From NCBI GenBank assembly GCA_034659475.1, contig JAYEHK010000155.1, positions 1,279 to 65,278 on the forward strand: DNA of 64,000 nucleotides. Direction: 5' to 3'. Origin of the DNA: Bacillota bacterium. GTDB taxonomy: Bacteria; Bacillota; Syntrophomonadia; Syntrophomonadales; Syntrophomonadaceae. This document shows, one piece after another, positions 1 through 12,600 of this stretch. The notes under the pieces were generated by a model that searched no databases, was not told the origin of the DNA, and saw only the letters and a list, made by a program, of their open reading frames with translations. Numbering within the stretch: the stretch's first letter is position 1; every line of letters begins with the position of its first letter. Made by a program: the position numbers and the translations under genes.

Positions 1-19
1 ATTAGCTTAATGCAGGCAC

Positions 20-271
20 GGGGACGGTTCATCTGTCCTGGAAATTATTGTATGAAAGGTGTATAATTTGTTCGAGGTGGTATTATGCCAAGAATTTGAT
101 ACTTGCCTTATCGAAAATGCAGCTGACTTTCAACGCTTAGACCAGGAAAAACGAAATCGTCTGTTAATAGAATTAAAAGCACACGGTTTATCCATAAGAC
201 AACTCGCTCGATTAACCGGTGTCAGTAAAGGAATTATCGAAAAAGCCTGGCGGGACAGATGAACCGTCCCC
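20..271. mobile_element. Miniature (~250 bp) element bounded by perfect 19-bp inverted repeats, enclosing only a transposase-type HTH remnant
   Basis: GGGGACGGTTCATCTGTCC at 20-38 is the exact reverse complement of 253-271. The enclosed ORF is only a C-terminal HTH. The GGGACGG/GATGAACC motif recurs at 25237, 26886, 43063 and 43131. Confidence 0.45.
59..262 (+). pseudogene. C-terminal helix-turn-helix fragment resembling the tail of IS200-like/REP-associated (Y1) transposases
   Basis: 67 aa with a GTG start, ending ...LKAHGLSIRQLARLTGVSKGIIEKAWRDR. There is no catalytic domain. A paralogous fragment lies at 21977-22189. The family assignment is from memory of similar Firmicute proteins. Confidence 0.4.
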
Positions 272-437
272 CTGTCTTCTAGATTGAAAAGCAGCAATTT
301 TTCTGCTATAATTCACACGGTTAAGAAAAATCGACAGCAAATGCCGTTAGACTTATGTGTTAAATAATCTATTCGTCGGAAGAATCAGTTAAAGAGGATC
401 TAGGGTTATTTTTGTTAGGTGTATTCAGATATTTCAA

Positions 438-466
438 TTGAAACATAGTGATTTTCCACATATAAT
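438..466 (+). promoter_or_regulatory. Sigma-A type promoter (TTGAAA-17 nt-TATAAT)
   Basis: TTGAAA at 438-443, an exact 17-nt spacer, and TATAAT at 461-466, upstream of the MATE gene. Confidence 0.5.
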
Positions 467-501
467 AACGGTGTGAGAAGCCAAAACTAACGTTTGAGGT
501 T

Positions 502-533
502 GCCACTTCAGTATTGAAGTGGCATTTTTTATT
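502..533 (+). terminator. Rho-independent terminator in the leader between the promoter and the MATE gene
   Basis: GCCACTTCA-GTAT-TGAAGTGGC (perfect 9-bp stem) followed by ATTTTTTATT. It lies about 60 nt after the predicted promoter and 55 nt before the ATG at 588. Confidence 0.6.
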
Positions 534-587
534 GAATAAATTAGTTACAGAAAGATCTCTTTTACAAGAAAGGTATACTAAAATAGC

Positions 588-1952
588 ATGAAACTAATCA
601 ACGATTTTACAGAAGGAAACATATTAAGCCCGCTGATAAAATTCACAATACTCATTTTTTTGTCGCTGTTTTTACAAGTAATGTACGGTACTGTTGACCT
701 TGCGATCGTCGGACAATTTGGAACTGCGGCAGATCTTTCCGCTGTTTCAACAGGCAGTCAGATAATGAATATTATAACCGTAATAATAGCTGGTTTTACG
801 ATGGGAACAACAATTTTGCTCGGTCAGCAAACAGGTAAGGGAAAAAGTGATGACCTAGGCAAAATCATTGGCGCATCTATCGCACTATTTGGTATGATTG
901 CAATTATTATTACTGTCGTTATGCTATTGTTTGCACGGTCGATCACAGAACTGATGCAAGTACCGCCCGAAGCATTTGAGAAGGCAGTAAGCTATATTGT
1001 CATTTGTTCGTCCGGAACGGTTTTTATAGTTGCTTATAATGTCATAAGCGGAATTTTAAGAGGGCTTGGCAATTCAAAATTACCGCTCATTTTTGTAGCA
1101 ATTGCCTGTGTTGTAAATATCGCGGGAGATTTTTTCTTTGTTGCGGTTTTGCATTTGAACACTTCCGGAGTTGCTATCTCTACCATCATTGCACAAGCAA
1201 CGAGTGTCGTTTTATCAGTACAAATCATCAAAAAGCAAGGGGTGCCGTTCCCATTCAAAAGAAATTTTATCAAATTTCAAAAAGGTTTTACAACCGAAAT
1301 GTTAAAGCTCGGCACACCTATTGCGTTCCAAAACGGATTGAACAGCATTTCATTTTCCATTATATATGCAATTGTAAATACTCTTGGCTTAACGGCTTCT
1401 GCGGGCATCGGTGTTGCTGAAAAGATTTTTAGTTTTCTGGTTATGTCTTCAACCGCTTTTATGTCGTCAATTTCAACATTTACGGCACAAAATGTAGGTG
1501 CGAGAAAATACGACAGATCCGAAAAATGTCTTACCTATGGACTGCTTTTTTCTTCCATCATCGGTTTTACTTTGTTTTATATTTCATTTTGGTGGGGTGA
1601 CGTTTTGGCATCAGTTTTTACACAAGAAAAAGATGTCATTACAGCCGCTGCTGGTTTTCTAAAAGCCACCGCAATCGAATGCTTTCTTGTATCAATTGCC
1701 ACTTGTTATTTAGGGTATTTTAACGGAATTGGCAAGACACTTTTTGTTATGATACAGAGCTTATTTACAGCATTTTTAATCAGGATACCGGTATTATTTT
1801 ACATGAGCCAAATACCCAATGTCACAATGTTTCAACTAGGACTCGCCGCACCTATTTCAGCCATGGGAAGTTTAATTGCGTGTTTTGTTTATTATTACCG
1901 TTTAAAAAAGAAAACTAGCCCAAACATTTCGTTACATTCAATAGAAGGATAG
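588..1952 (+). CDS. MATE family efflux transporter
   Basis: 454 aa with about 12 predicted TM helices and a typical MatE N-terminus (ILSPLIKFTIL...VDLAIVGQFG) and duplicated halves. Confidence 0.9.
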   Translation: MKLINDFTEGNILSPLIKFTILIFLSLFLQVMYGTVDLAIVGQFGTAADLSAVSTGSQIMNIITVIIAGFTMGTTILLGQQTGKGKSDDLGKIIGASIALFGMIAIIITVVMLLFARSITELMQVPPEAFEKAVSYIVICSSGTVFIVAYNVISGILRGLGNSKLPLIFVAIACVVNIAGDFFFVAVLHLNTSGVAISTIIAQATSVVLSVQIIKKQGVPFPFKRNFIKFQKGFTTEMLKLGTPIAFQNGLNSISFSIIYAIVNTLGLTASAGIGVAEKIFSFLVMSSTAFMSSISTFTAQNVGARKYDRSEKCLTYGLLFSSIIGFTLFYISFWWGDVLASVFTQEKDVITAAAGFLKATAIECFLVSIATCYLGYFNGIGKTLFVMIQSLFTAFLIRIPVLFYMSQIPNVTMFQLGLAAPISAMGSLIACFVYYYRLKKKTSPNISLHSIEG

Positions 1953-2511
1953 TTGCTACCACCACATTCTCTACTGTTCCGAAAGGACGAGCCAATAAGG
2001 GACGTTCTTTTGGTTGGCATTGTTGACGTTTCTTATTGGCCTATATATGCAATGGCTAATTAAGAAGTGAACTCTAAAATCATACTTTAAATTTTTGCAC
2101 CAACATGTTCAATATTTCTGCCAATTCTGCCTGTTTTTGTGTTACTAAACAAGCTTTCGGCTTCTATAAATGATAGCTGGTTGGTGTCTAAGGCCTGCCG
2201 GGACATTTTGTTTTTTCTATACGCACAGTCCCACATTAGAAAATAGCTACGAGACAAATTAATATTATTAAAAGTGACCGGAATCACTTCATAAAAACCA
2301 CTTTGAGATGAATGAAAAAAGAGCAGGTGCTCCTCCTTCAATCGCTCTTACTTATATTGATTTAAAAAATACAATTACCCCTTAATTATTAACATCCTAG
2401 TTGTTATAATAGATTGAGAAAATCACCAAAAAATAACAAATATTACGGAACAAAGACAAGCTCTCCAGGCGACGAGAGTCAATGTCAGTTACTATCATTG
2501 GAGGGAACTAA

Positions 2512-3423
2512 ATGATTATTGATACACTTGGTCATATCCGAAATAATCTCTATAACCTGGGGCTGATGGAATGCCCCATCTTTCTTCTGGATGGGCCGGA
2601 ACCGGTTATCTTTGACGCAGGAGTAAGCTGCGCAGGAAACATTTATGTTGAGGCCATCCGTTCCATCCTCGGCGATCGGCAGCCATCTGTACTTTTCCTT
2701 ACGCATGCCCACTGGGACCATTGCGGAGCCGCCTCCCATCTGAAAAAAGCATTCCCGCAAATGAAAGTTGCAGCCCCACATCTGGCAGTGGACATTTTGA
2801 AACTACCCAACGCACTGGCCTTAATCAAAATGCTGAATGACGATACCACAGCCAGAATGAGTTCTAGTCTGGAATTGGATTCATCACTGCTGACAAATGA
2901 ATCCTTCTGTACCTTTGAGATAGATATTGAGCTTACGGATAATCAAATTTTGGATGTAGGAGAAGGCACGACTGTACAGGCACTAGCAACTCCAGGTCAC
3001 ACGCGGGACCACTACAGTTACTATTTACCGAAGGAAAAAATTCTGATAGCGGGAGAAGCAGGAGGGGTGTACTACGGCCCTGAAACGGTTTCCACTGAAT
3101 TTGTGTCTGATTACGATGCATATGTGGCTTCCCTTAAGCGTTTAGCTGCTCTCCCGACAGAGGTCTTTTGTCAGGGGCACTATCACCATCTGGTTGGCAC
3201 AGAAGAAATCAGCGCATTCTTCAAACGATCATTAAGCGAAACAATACATTTCAAGGAAAGAGTTTTAGAACTTCTTGATGAAGAATCCGGCTCCATAGAC
3301 CGTGTGATGGAAAGGGTGAAAACAGAAAGGTATGATGTTATCCCTGGCCTCAAGCAACCGGAAGTGCCCTATCTTTTGAATCTAAAGGCCCAGGTGACTC
3401 ATTTGGCTGGTAAGGAGAAATGA
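2512..3423 (+). CDS. MBL-fold metallo-hydrolase
   Basis: HxHxDH motif (LTHAHWDHCG), downstream TPGHT, and a GGAGGG RBS 6 nt before the ATG. Confidence 0.85.
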   Translation: MIIDTLGHIRNNLYNLGLMECPIFLLDGPEPVIFDAGVSCAGNIYVEAIRSILGDRQPSVLFLTHAHWDHCGAASHLKKAFPQMKVAAPHLAVDILKLPNALALIKMLNDDTTARMSSSLELDSSLLTNESFCTFEIDIELTDNQILDVGEGTTVQALATPGHTRDHYSYYLPKEKILIAGEAGGVYYGPETVSTEFVSDYDAYVASLKRLAALPTEVFCQGHYHHLVGTEEISAFFKRSLSETIHFKERVLELLDEESGSIDRVMERVKTERYDVIPGLKQPEVPYLLNLKAQVTHLAGKEK

Positions 3424-3531
3424 GAAAAGGTCAACAGAGGGACGTCAGGCTGTAACGAAAGGTAGGCCAGAAAATCTTGTGTAAAATATAACATCCCCTT
3501 GTCTTTCCTGTCTTTTTAGGAAAATAAATTT

Positions 3532-3560
3532 GAGGCCGCAATCCTTTGAATTGCGGCCTC
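3532..3560. terminator. Bidirectional hairpin terminator between the convergent MBL gene and the giant surface-protein gene
   Basis: GAGGCCGCAAT-7 nt-ATTGCGGCCTC, T-rich on both flanks (AAATTTATTTT on the minus side). Confidence 0.6.
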
Positions 3561-3627
3561 AATAAGTTTTGATTTTGCTTTAGAGCATACTATACAGGAA
3601 TCCCATTATTCAGAGAAAACCCTCAGC

Positions 3628-6600
3628 TTATTTCTCCTTTCCCTGCAAAAGCACTACTATCATCTTCGCGGCTTCCGCTCTGCTAGCATTTGCGGCAGGT
3701 GCAAAGGTGTTGTCACCTCTGCCGGAAATGATACCCGCCTGCTGCATAGCGTAAACTGCGCTTCTGGCATAGCTGGCAATTTGTGCATCATCAGCAAATG
3801 TTTTAGACTGATTGCCTTCTGGCAAGTTATATTTGGCCACACTATCCGCATAACGGGTAATCATTGTAGCCATATCCTGACGAGTGATGACATCATTCGG
3901 ATTGAAATGGCCGTTCGCTCCCTTGGCAACACCTACCTGTGACGCCCAGGCAACATACTTAGCATACCATGCGTTTGCCGGAACATCACTGAATTGGTCT
4001 GTCCCCTGCGGAAGCGTATTCCCGCTCATTTTTGCCAGAATGGTTACAAATTCAGCTCTGCTGATGCTGTCATTGGGGGCAAATGTAGTCTCTGTTTTCC
4101 CGTTTACAATGCCGCGATCGGCTAGATAGTAGATGTATCCTTCTGCCCAGCTGCCCTGAACGACATCCGTAAACTTGCTATCTGCCACAATATCGATGAC
4201 TTCACCGACTGCATACATCGACAGATGGGTGGTGGTAAATACAATGGCTTTTTTCACATTGTCATATCTGCTGCCTTCCATTTGGGTAATCGTTCCGTCA
4301 TCTGCAATATAGAAGGCTGCGAGCTTACTGATGTCCTCTCCTGCTTTTGGCGTGTAAGGCAGTTCAATGCTCAACTTGCCAAAGCTGGTCACAGTCTTGC
4401 CATCTGCGATGACCTTGATATCAAACACTGGTCTGTCGCCAACGATCAACTTAGCTGATTCGGACAGCTCTTCCGCTTTTACCTGTTTTATGGCAGCTTC
4501 AAGAGAAGACTTAATCTTCATCTCCGCAAGGACATCCTCACCAAAGACGAGGTTTGCACCATTGCCATTTATGGTTAAGGTCTTTGCCTTGTTTATTTCG
4601 GTTGCCTTCAGTTTTACGTTGTCGGTACTGTCCGCATTCTTGATGAGGTCAGTCTTGGCTACTGCAGAAGAACCTCCGCCGCTACTGCCTCCGGTTGAAG
4701 CACTGGTTATAGTAATGGTTTTGGTACCGGAGATTCCCGAACCGTCATTGGCCATTGCCTTAACGGTTACCGTTCCAACCCCAGTTCCAGTTACTAAACC
4801 GCTTGCACTGATGGTCGCGTTGCCCGTCCCGTTTTCCACACTCCAGGTGACGGTGGCGTCCGTCGCGTCTGCGGGTAAAACTGTGACGCTCATTTGTAAA
4901 GTGCTTCCGTTTACCACACTTGTTGCATCACTGGCAGCGCTTACGGTAATGGCGTTTACTTTACCTGTTATTACGGCCGCGTTGACGGTTACACCAATGC
5001 TGGTGGTCAGGTCTACGTTACCGGTATTTACTACTCCGCCAGGCAAAGTAACCGTTCCGTTTACATTGAAGCTCTGTTCGGTTGTTGTGCTTACATCGTA
5101 GCTTGAATTAGCTACATCCCAGTTTACGCTAGCACTCACATTTCCTTGGTCGGTGACCATGGTTACAGTTGCGGGGAGTCCAAGGGCCTCCGCTGTTTTG
5201 GCGGTGCCATTGGCAATTCCGGTAGTCGCTGTCGGCGCTGTGATGCTTGCCAATACGCTATCAGCGCTACCTGTGGCGGTCTGCGCTATATTTCCTGCCA
5301 TATCGGTGGCAACAATTGTGATCTCACCAATGCTGTTGGCTGTAAAGCTTGCGGTATAGGTATCTGTACCCGCTTGTTTTTGCATCGGGTAGGTCGCAGA
5401 GCCTCTGGTCATTACCACGCTGTAAATGCCGCTTAGCACATCGGTCACGTCGGTAGAAACGGTAACTGTGTTGCCTGCCAGCATGGCTGACGTTTTGTCT
5501 GCGCCAAAAGCAGGTGCCGTTCTGTCCACCTTTACGGTCAGACTGTTGGCTGTTAAATTGTAATCATTCGTATCTTGAAGCTTTGCATTGATGACATAAG
5601 TACCTTCATCTGTAATGGCAGTTACATCAACCGGGCTGCTGGTATAAGTTTTGCTTGTCCAATCACCATTATCAACATTGTATTGCATTTTGGTTGGTAT
5701 GAAATTAGTCAGGCCCGTGGCTGTCAATGCAACAGGTACTGAGTCGCAACTCCACCAACCTCTTGTGTCTGGTACTGATGTAGTGAGTGTCACACTTCCG
5801 CTCGCAGGCTCCTCATTGGCAACCGTTAGTGCGTACGTTTTTGGCTGTGCTCCTGCACCTTCAGGTGCAACCGTCACTTTAAAGGTGTTGCTGCCGATTG
5901 CCAGCGGCAGGGTATAGGCAAGCGCGCCTGTTTCCTCTGCGAGGACTGTATCGGCGGCATCCTTTAGCATCACTTTGGCATTCGGATTAGCCGAGATGGC
6001 GGTTATGTTAGTGGATTTCAAACTGTTTGCACGTAGATCTGCATAGCTTGTTGTATCCTTATCGAAGCCTACCCCGACTCCAGATGCAGCCAATATTTGC
6101 AGGTCAGCGTTCATGGAATCCGCGGTCGCACTAAAATAGTGGGCTTCCACATCCGCACCCAGCGTGTCAAACAGAAAGGTCTTACTGATTACTGCCTCAC
6201 TGCCTAACGTGACCAGTCCCTCCGCCGTATTCGACAAGTATTGGGTTCTGATGATATTGCCGCCCTTATCCAGCAGGTTTACGGCAACATTACCGTTGGT
6301 TACAGCTGCCATGGCAAGATTCTGCAGGATCAGCACTGCGGTGGTTGCTGTAGCCGAATTCGACTGTTTCACGTCAACCTTAATGGCGTTTCCGCTGTTA
6401 CGCTGCACCAGATTTTCACAAAGAATGGTGCTGAAATTGTTTTCGCCTACAAACTCAGCCAGCTCTTTATCCGAGCTGTCTACAACCCACGCCTTGGCAT
6501 ACAGCGTGACTCCGTTGGCTGGTATTTCGTCTTTTCCTTTTCCTAAAAGATATGCCTTGATATCAAAGCTTAGATTTGTGATATAGGCACCGTTGTCAAT

Positions 6601-9600
6601 CAGCGATAATTCGCCAGGATCCGTAATGGTAACAATGGGAACCACTTGAGTCCCTGCAGTATAGGCAGAATTATCGTAAAATCCCAGTTTTACTGTTTTA
6701 CCGCTGGTGTTTAGCTTATAGTCACTGCTGTTATACAACGTCACTGCAAACTCCCGTTGACCCTCCTGCTCCTTTACGGTACTAATCTTAGAAATGCCCA
6801 CATCAGCTACCGCCAAAGGCAATGTTTCGCTGCCAGTCATATCTACAGTTGTACCACCAAAAGTGGCTGTACCGCTGTATGGTAAATCTGCAATGTTTTC
6901 AGGCACACTATAGTTTGCAAGCAGCGTGTTGCTTGTACCAGGTAAAATCTTGAGATTATCAAAGGTTTTACTCTCCGTACCATATGCTATAGTAACGCTG
7001 GTAATTAAGTCTTTCCCCTGATTTTGCACGGTAAAAGCGATTGGCATGATAAAGCCTGCCATAATCTCGGTATAGTTGAAGTCTGCCGCTGTAATTTCTG
7101 CTTTATTCTGATAGGTTTCGGTTGCGGTAAACATCTTGCTTTCGGTCTTGGGCACCATAATTGTGGTGTCCCCACTGGTTATTGTGTCAAATTCATTTTT
7201 GCTTTCAGTCCCTAAGATAATAACCTTTACTTCGTCGGTTGCAGGATTTGATACATACGCATCAAAGCTGTCTATGACAGTTTTATCAGTTGTATCAGTT
7301 TTTCCAGGCATTTGAGCAACGTCAATAGCCGCTGATGTAAAGGTAAGTTGGTTGTCATCTACTGTTTCCTGCACAAATTTAATTGCCTTTAAGGAGTCGC
7401 TTCCAGTAGCAGCATCAGGTTCTACCCATAAGATGGAGAGGTTTTTGAAATCTTTATTCGCTGCGCTGGTGTTTACAAACTTGAAGTTGCCACCGATATT
7501 GTTCCCGCTTGACACGGAAGACAAGCTATCAATGAAATCTTCTTTAGGACTGCCGTCATTACCAAAAGTGGCTAGACGAATATCGGATTTTTCTCCATCA
7601 ATTTTGTTCCAGGCAAGCATAAATCTTTCATTACCGCTAAATTCAGCAACGGTTAGCTGGGGATTTTGATCCGCTGTGATATCGTTGGTCAAACGAACGT
7701 TATTTACGCTCTCGCCACTACTTCCAACAACCCCATACACTACCTCGTAGCTACTGGCATCTCTTGTTCCGCTGGTATCAATGATGTAAGCAATGGCCGC
7801 AGTACCGTCAGCGGTCATCGCCGCTTTTAAGCCTACTACACTGCCATTTACACCGTTGTAAAGCGTCCTGGTTTCGTCTTCCGGACTCCACTGGCTGCCA
7901 TCATAAATACGATAAACAATGGTGTCTTTGCCGCTGAAGTCAGTAGGATTGGAAGCATCCCCGGCATACACACTACGCCATACCGCAATCGCTCGGCTGC
8001 CATTTGTGGCAACCACCGGCGCCATATCTGGCGTGCTGTTGTTCGTCAGTCTTTCGGTTGTCCATGCGCTGCCCTTGTAAATACTCGCATAAACCTCGGT
8101 GTTGTTAATCATCATAGACATTTCGGGAGCTGTTAGTTCATCACCAGCATTTTTGTCTATCTTATCAGTCAGACTTACCCATGCAGAGATCGCCTGACTA
8201 TTGTTGCTGGCAAAGGACAGCTGGGAATCGCCAAAGCTTGCAGCATCTGTGTTAATCTTCCCTTTGTCAGCATAGCTGCCACTTTCCTTCACTGCATAGT
8301 TTGCGGTAGTATCCCAAACATCAGGACTGCCGTTATCGGATAAGTACACCATCATCGTGCCATCATCTGCAATGAGTGGGTTGGCGTAAGGATAGGCATT
8401 TGATTGTAGTGTGCTCGGTGCAAGATTGTTTGTATCCAGCGACAATGCACTTATGGTTCCGCCCGGTGTACTCCAAACACGGGAATAATCGTTAAGATAC
8501 GCTCGACTCTCCAGCGCAGGTGCCTCGGAAATAACAACCGAATCTTGTCCCGTGGCTGCAGCATATGACTGTGCAGCCAGACTCATATTATCCATCGTTA
8601 GCATATCCCCGGTGGTCTCTTCCCAATAGACATTAATTTTGTCCCAGTTGCGATAGGTCCATTCTTTGTCAAAGCTTGCAGAGGCAAATGTTGCCTGATA
8701 GGAAATAAATAGTAATTTGGCAACAAACTTGATCCCAACCTGCCCTGCCAGGTTAAGCCTTGAACCTGATAAGGCTTTTTCGGTTTGGTTATAACCTGCT
8801 GCCTGATTTGCTATCTCGGTATCTAAATAATTGCGATTCAGGAACTGATTTTCATTTTCAAGCACTAATTGTCCAAAAACGCCTACCTTTAGCGCAATAA
8901 CAGTATAATCAATACCCAGGCCGCCAAAAGCATAGATATATGCCTTAATTCTGAGGTTGGTTAAATAGTCTGTGACACTTTCTTGGTCTTCTTGCCAATA
9001 GTAATCAATGCAATCTTTTTCGTCAGAGTATTGAACAGAAACCGGTTCATACAGCCTATGCGCATCAAATTCCAAACGCACGGCAGCACCCAGCTTAATT
9101 TCAAAGGTGCAAGGAACAGTCCCTACCCACTGTGTGTCAGTGTGGGAGAATTGATAGCTAATGCCGGCTCTGATCCCGCCCCCGATTGGACGTATTTCCC
9201 ATTTTTCCGTTTCGAAATTATAGATAATTTTGCAGCTAAAGTATCCGCCCACTTGATATTTGACCGAATTGCCGCTGCTATCATCAAGTATACTTTCAAT
9301 GTCGTCTTTTAGACCGCTGGCAAGTTCACGTGACTTGGCAAAGCCAGCTTTGCCTGTCCCGTTGGTTTTCACCTCATCATCATCCAACATCATTGAAAAA
9401 CTGTCTTCTTGGGGACCCATGTCCATTACATCGTCCCCGGGGTTGAGTTGCAATAACCCCTTAAACACTGTAGGATCTGCTGTGGGCGCCAGCATTAACG
9501 AAAAGTTGTCATTGCCAAACTGTATGCCGCTTGCAAAGTCGAGGGCACTTTGGGTGAAATTGTCTTCGGCCTCAAATGAAGTACCGGCTTTAATACTTCT

Positions 9601-12600
9601 CTGCATTTCTGCTTGGAAGTTGGCATTGACATCAGGGCTTGCTGATATATTTTCAACGGATAGCATATTACGAATCGAATACGCTTGCAAAGTAGAGTTA
9701 TACAGTGACCCATCCTCATTAAATAACTTAACAGTAAGCTTGCCCCTGCCTTTCTTGTTAATCCAAATATTGCTTTCATCAATCATTATTTGGTGCTCGG
9801 TCAGCAGCATGGTAGCAAAAGGATACTTAAAGGTTTTGTAATTTTGCCCGGCTAGTGCTGCACCCTTTTCGTTTAAGATTGAGATCGCTGCATTTGTGTC
9901 CTCTAAAGGTGTGCCCCACCAAAGTGCCTGGGTGTCAATTCTGATCTTTGGGGTTTGAGCATTGAGTCCAATGTTTCCGGTGGCATTTTTAATGCTTTCC
10001 AGGCGTCCGCTTTTCTTGTAGCGGTCTAAATGTTGCGTGCTGAAAAAAGGCTTATTCTGATCGACTGTTGGTTCAAGCGTTACTATGCTCTCACCAAAAC
10101 GCAGCACATCTGCACCGGAAAGGTTACCCGAAAACTTGATAATTTGGAGCTGATATTCATCATTCCCAAAGTGAAACTCAAACACATAGTCAATTTTATC
10201 TGTGGCATTTACGCTTGAAGCCAGGGTTTCGCCTGCTTCCGTGGACCAAAAGTTGTTAACATCAAACGCTTGCCTATAAAAACCTTTGGTCGGGGTGATT
10301 GTCATGGGTTTTTTCCAAGCGTCTTTATTATCGGAAATCTCACTGCTTTCGCAATAATTTCCGTTTTTATATACGCCAGCACGGATCGTAACCGTACCGA
10401 TGTAGGGAGTGCCGTCAGGATTTTTGAAGTTTAGGTCCAGCTGGGCGGCTTTCCGCAATACAAAGTTATTGATTGGATAAAGCTGTCCCTTGGAGCCGTC
10501 ATTTTCACCTGATAGCAGATTGACTTTATAAATCGTTCCCATATAGATACTACCGTCAAAGATGCTTTTGAGCTGCACATTGCCTTTAATCCCGTTCGGC
10601 TCATAAATGGCAACCGCACCCTTGTCATCGCTATTCACGGTTTTCTCTATACCATCCCCATTGGTGTAAATAAATTCAGTTAAGGCGAGAGGCATCGCCT
10701 GGAACAGGTAGAGTTTGTCCGTTAAGGTTTTAACCTCTAACCCTAAGGTATCGGTCATTCTTGATAATTTATGGGTTGCATTAATGGTGGCTGTTCCATC
10801 CTTTAAGCCGGCCAGTATAAAGTTGGCATCCGGCATATAAGATGGGAAATTATAATCTTCAATATTATTGTATCCGCCACCTTGAGAGTAGTTAATGTTG
10901 GCCACTTTGGAATCACTTGCTTGCCATTCAACCTGGTCAGTCACCAGACCATAGGAATAGTCACCATAGTTAATGGAGAGCTTGTTGGTCAAAGAAATGT
11001 TTCTTTCCAAAGCGACGATATCGGCGCTGGTCATGCCTGCTATGCGTCCTTCATTATCCATGGTAAAGGTCGAAGCGGGTTGTTTATCCACCCATATTTT
11101 CATGGCCTCCGCATCATAGACATGCAACACAAAGGAATCATAGCTGTAGGCTTCATCACCCGTGTTTTTGATTTTGGCAGTGACCGTATACACATCCTTT
11201 AATTTGCCGCTTACATCAGCAAAATTAAGGGTATAGCTTCCACTTGCAGCCTGACTGGTGGTAACGGAAGCCCCGTTTTTAGCCACTGCAAACTCAAAAT
11301 CACAGCCGCCTGTGGTGTCGTTTACGTTGGTTGACGCCCAATTTACAGCGAGTGATTGTGCCGTATCCAACATATAATAGCTGGCCGGGCGTTCGATCTT
11401 AACACTGGCAGGAGGGGATGCAACGATAATATTCCCCACAGTTTCCACCTTTTCGCCAGAAACATAAGGATTTTGCGTGCTGATTTTAACGGTATAGGCG
11501 GGCTCCGTACCACTTGAAAGCTTGGTCAATTGCTCCCCAGGAATGGTAAAGGAGTTGGCATTTACCGCTGTATTTGCCGTATAGCCTGGTGTTTTTTCTG
11601 CCAAAGCTGCTACGGTTGCGTAGTTGCCCTCATAAAGTTCGACGCTAAAACTGGTATCTTTTTGGGGTTCATCCTGTTGGTTAATGTAGATTACATTGGT
11701 GCTCCACATCACTTGCACAGGCACACCCATTTTGGTCGTGATCAACTTGCTCACGGATAGAGAGGGCTTACCCAGGTATACTTTAACAGTGAATTCTTCT
11801 GATGTCTTGATTACATCCTTGGTACCATCGTCCATGCCATTCATTGCAACCAGGTTAAATGTAACCTTTCCAACCCCCACCGGCGTAATCTCACCAGAGG
11901 TGGCCGAAATCGTAGCAATATTCGAATTATTGGAAACCCACTTGAAATCTTCGGTTTCGTGAAAAGTGGCGTTTCCGCTGTATGTATAAGTCAGCTTGAC
12001 GAATTGTTCATCCCCTATATTAAGCACCTTGGACGTAGGATGGTTAATTGTCATCTGATCTGCAGTAACAAGTATCAGCGGAGCTTTCGTAAATTCAACA
12101 CTTTTATTTGCTTCCATAATCGGTCTAAATACCGTGGGCGCTTCATCGGTAGCCATATAAAAAAGCATTTTGTAATCCCCACTGGCAGGCAGGTCAAACT
12201 CTGCAGTCAGCTTGTCCACTGCATCTGTAATATAGAGGGGTATTTTGGTTCTCCCATTGTCATAGGACGCATAAAGACGTTGGACCGTGAACTTATCTTC
12301 GACTTGATCAGTATAGCTGATAAGCCAATTATTTTGTTTTTCACCAACGGTTAACGTTCCTTCCACGGCGTTTTTGTTTTGGAACAGATTGACTTCCAAC
12401 TTGCCTTTGGTTTCGCCTGGCGAATAAGCCCCGGCTAAGGCATTGCCCTCTGCATCTTGTAAAGTCATACCGGTCATACTGTCAATCTCATTATAGTTAA
12501 AGGTCGTAGCCAGGCGTTCAACGCCGCTTGGGAAAGTATATGCGCTAACTCTTTTATTGGATGTATCATAGGTATCCCCCGATATTCTGACCGACCAGAG

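Noticed and set aside
2087-2341. An 84-aa minus-strand ORF between the MATE and MBL genes
   Set aside because: It has a TTG start, no RBS and no recognisable domain, and it lies in an AT-rich intergenic region. There is insufficient support to call a gene.
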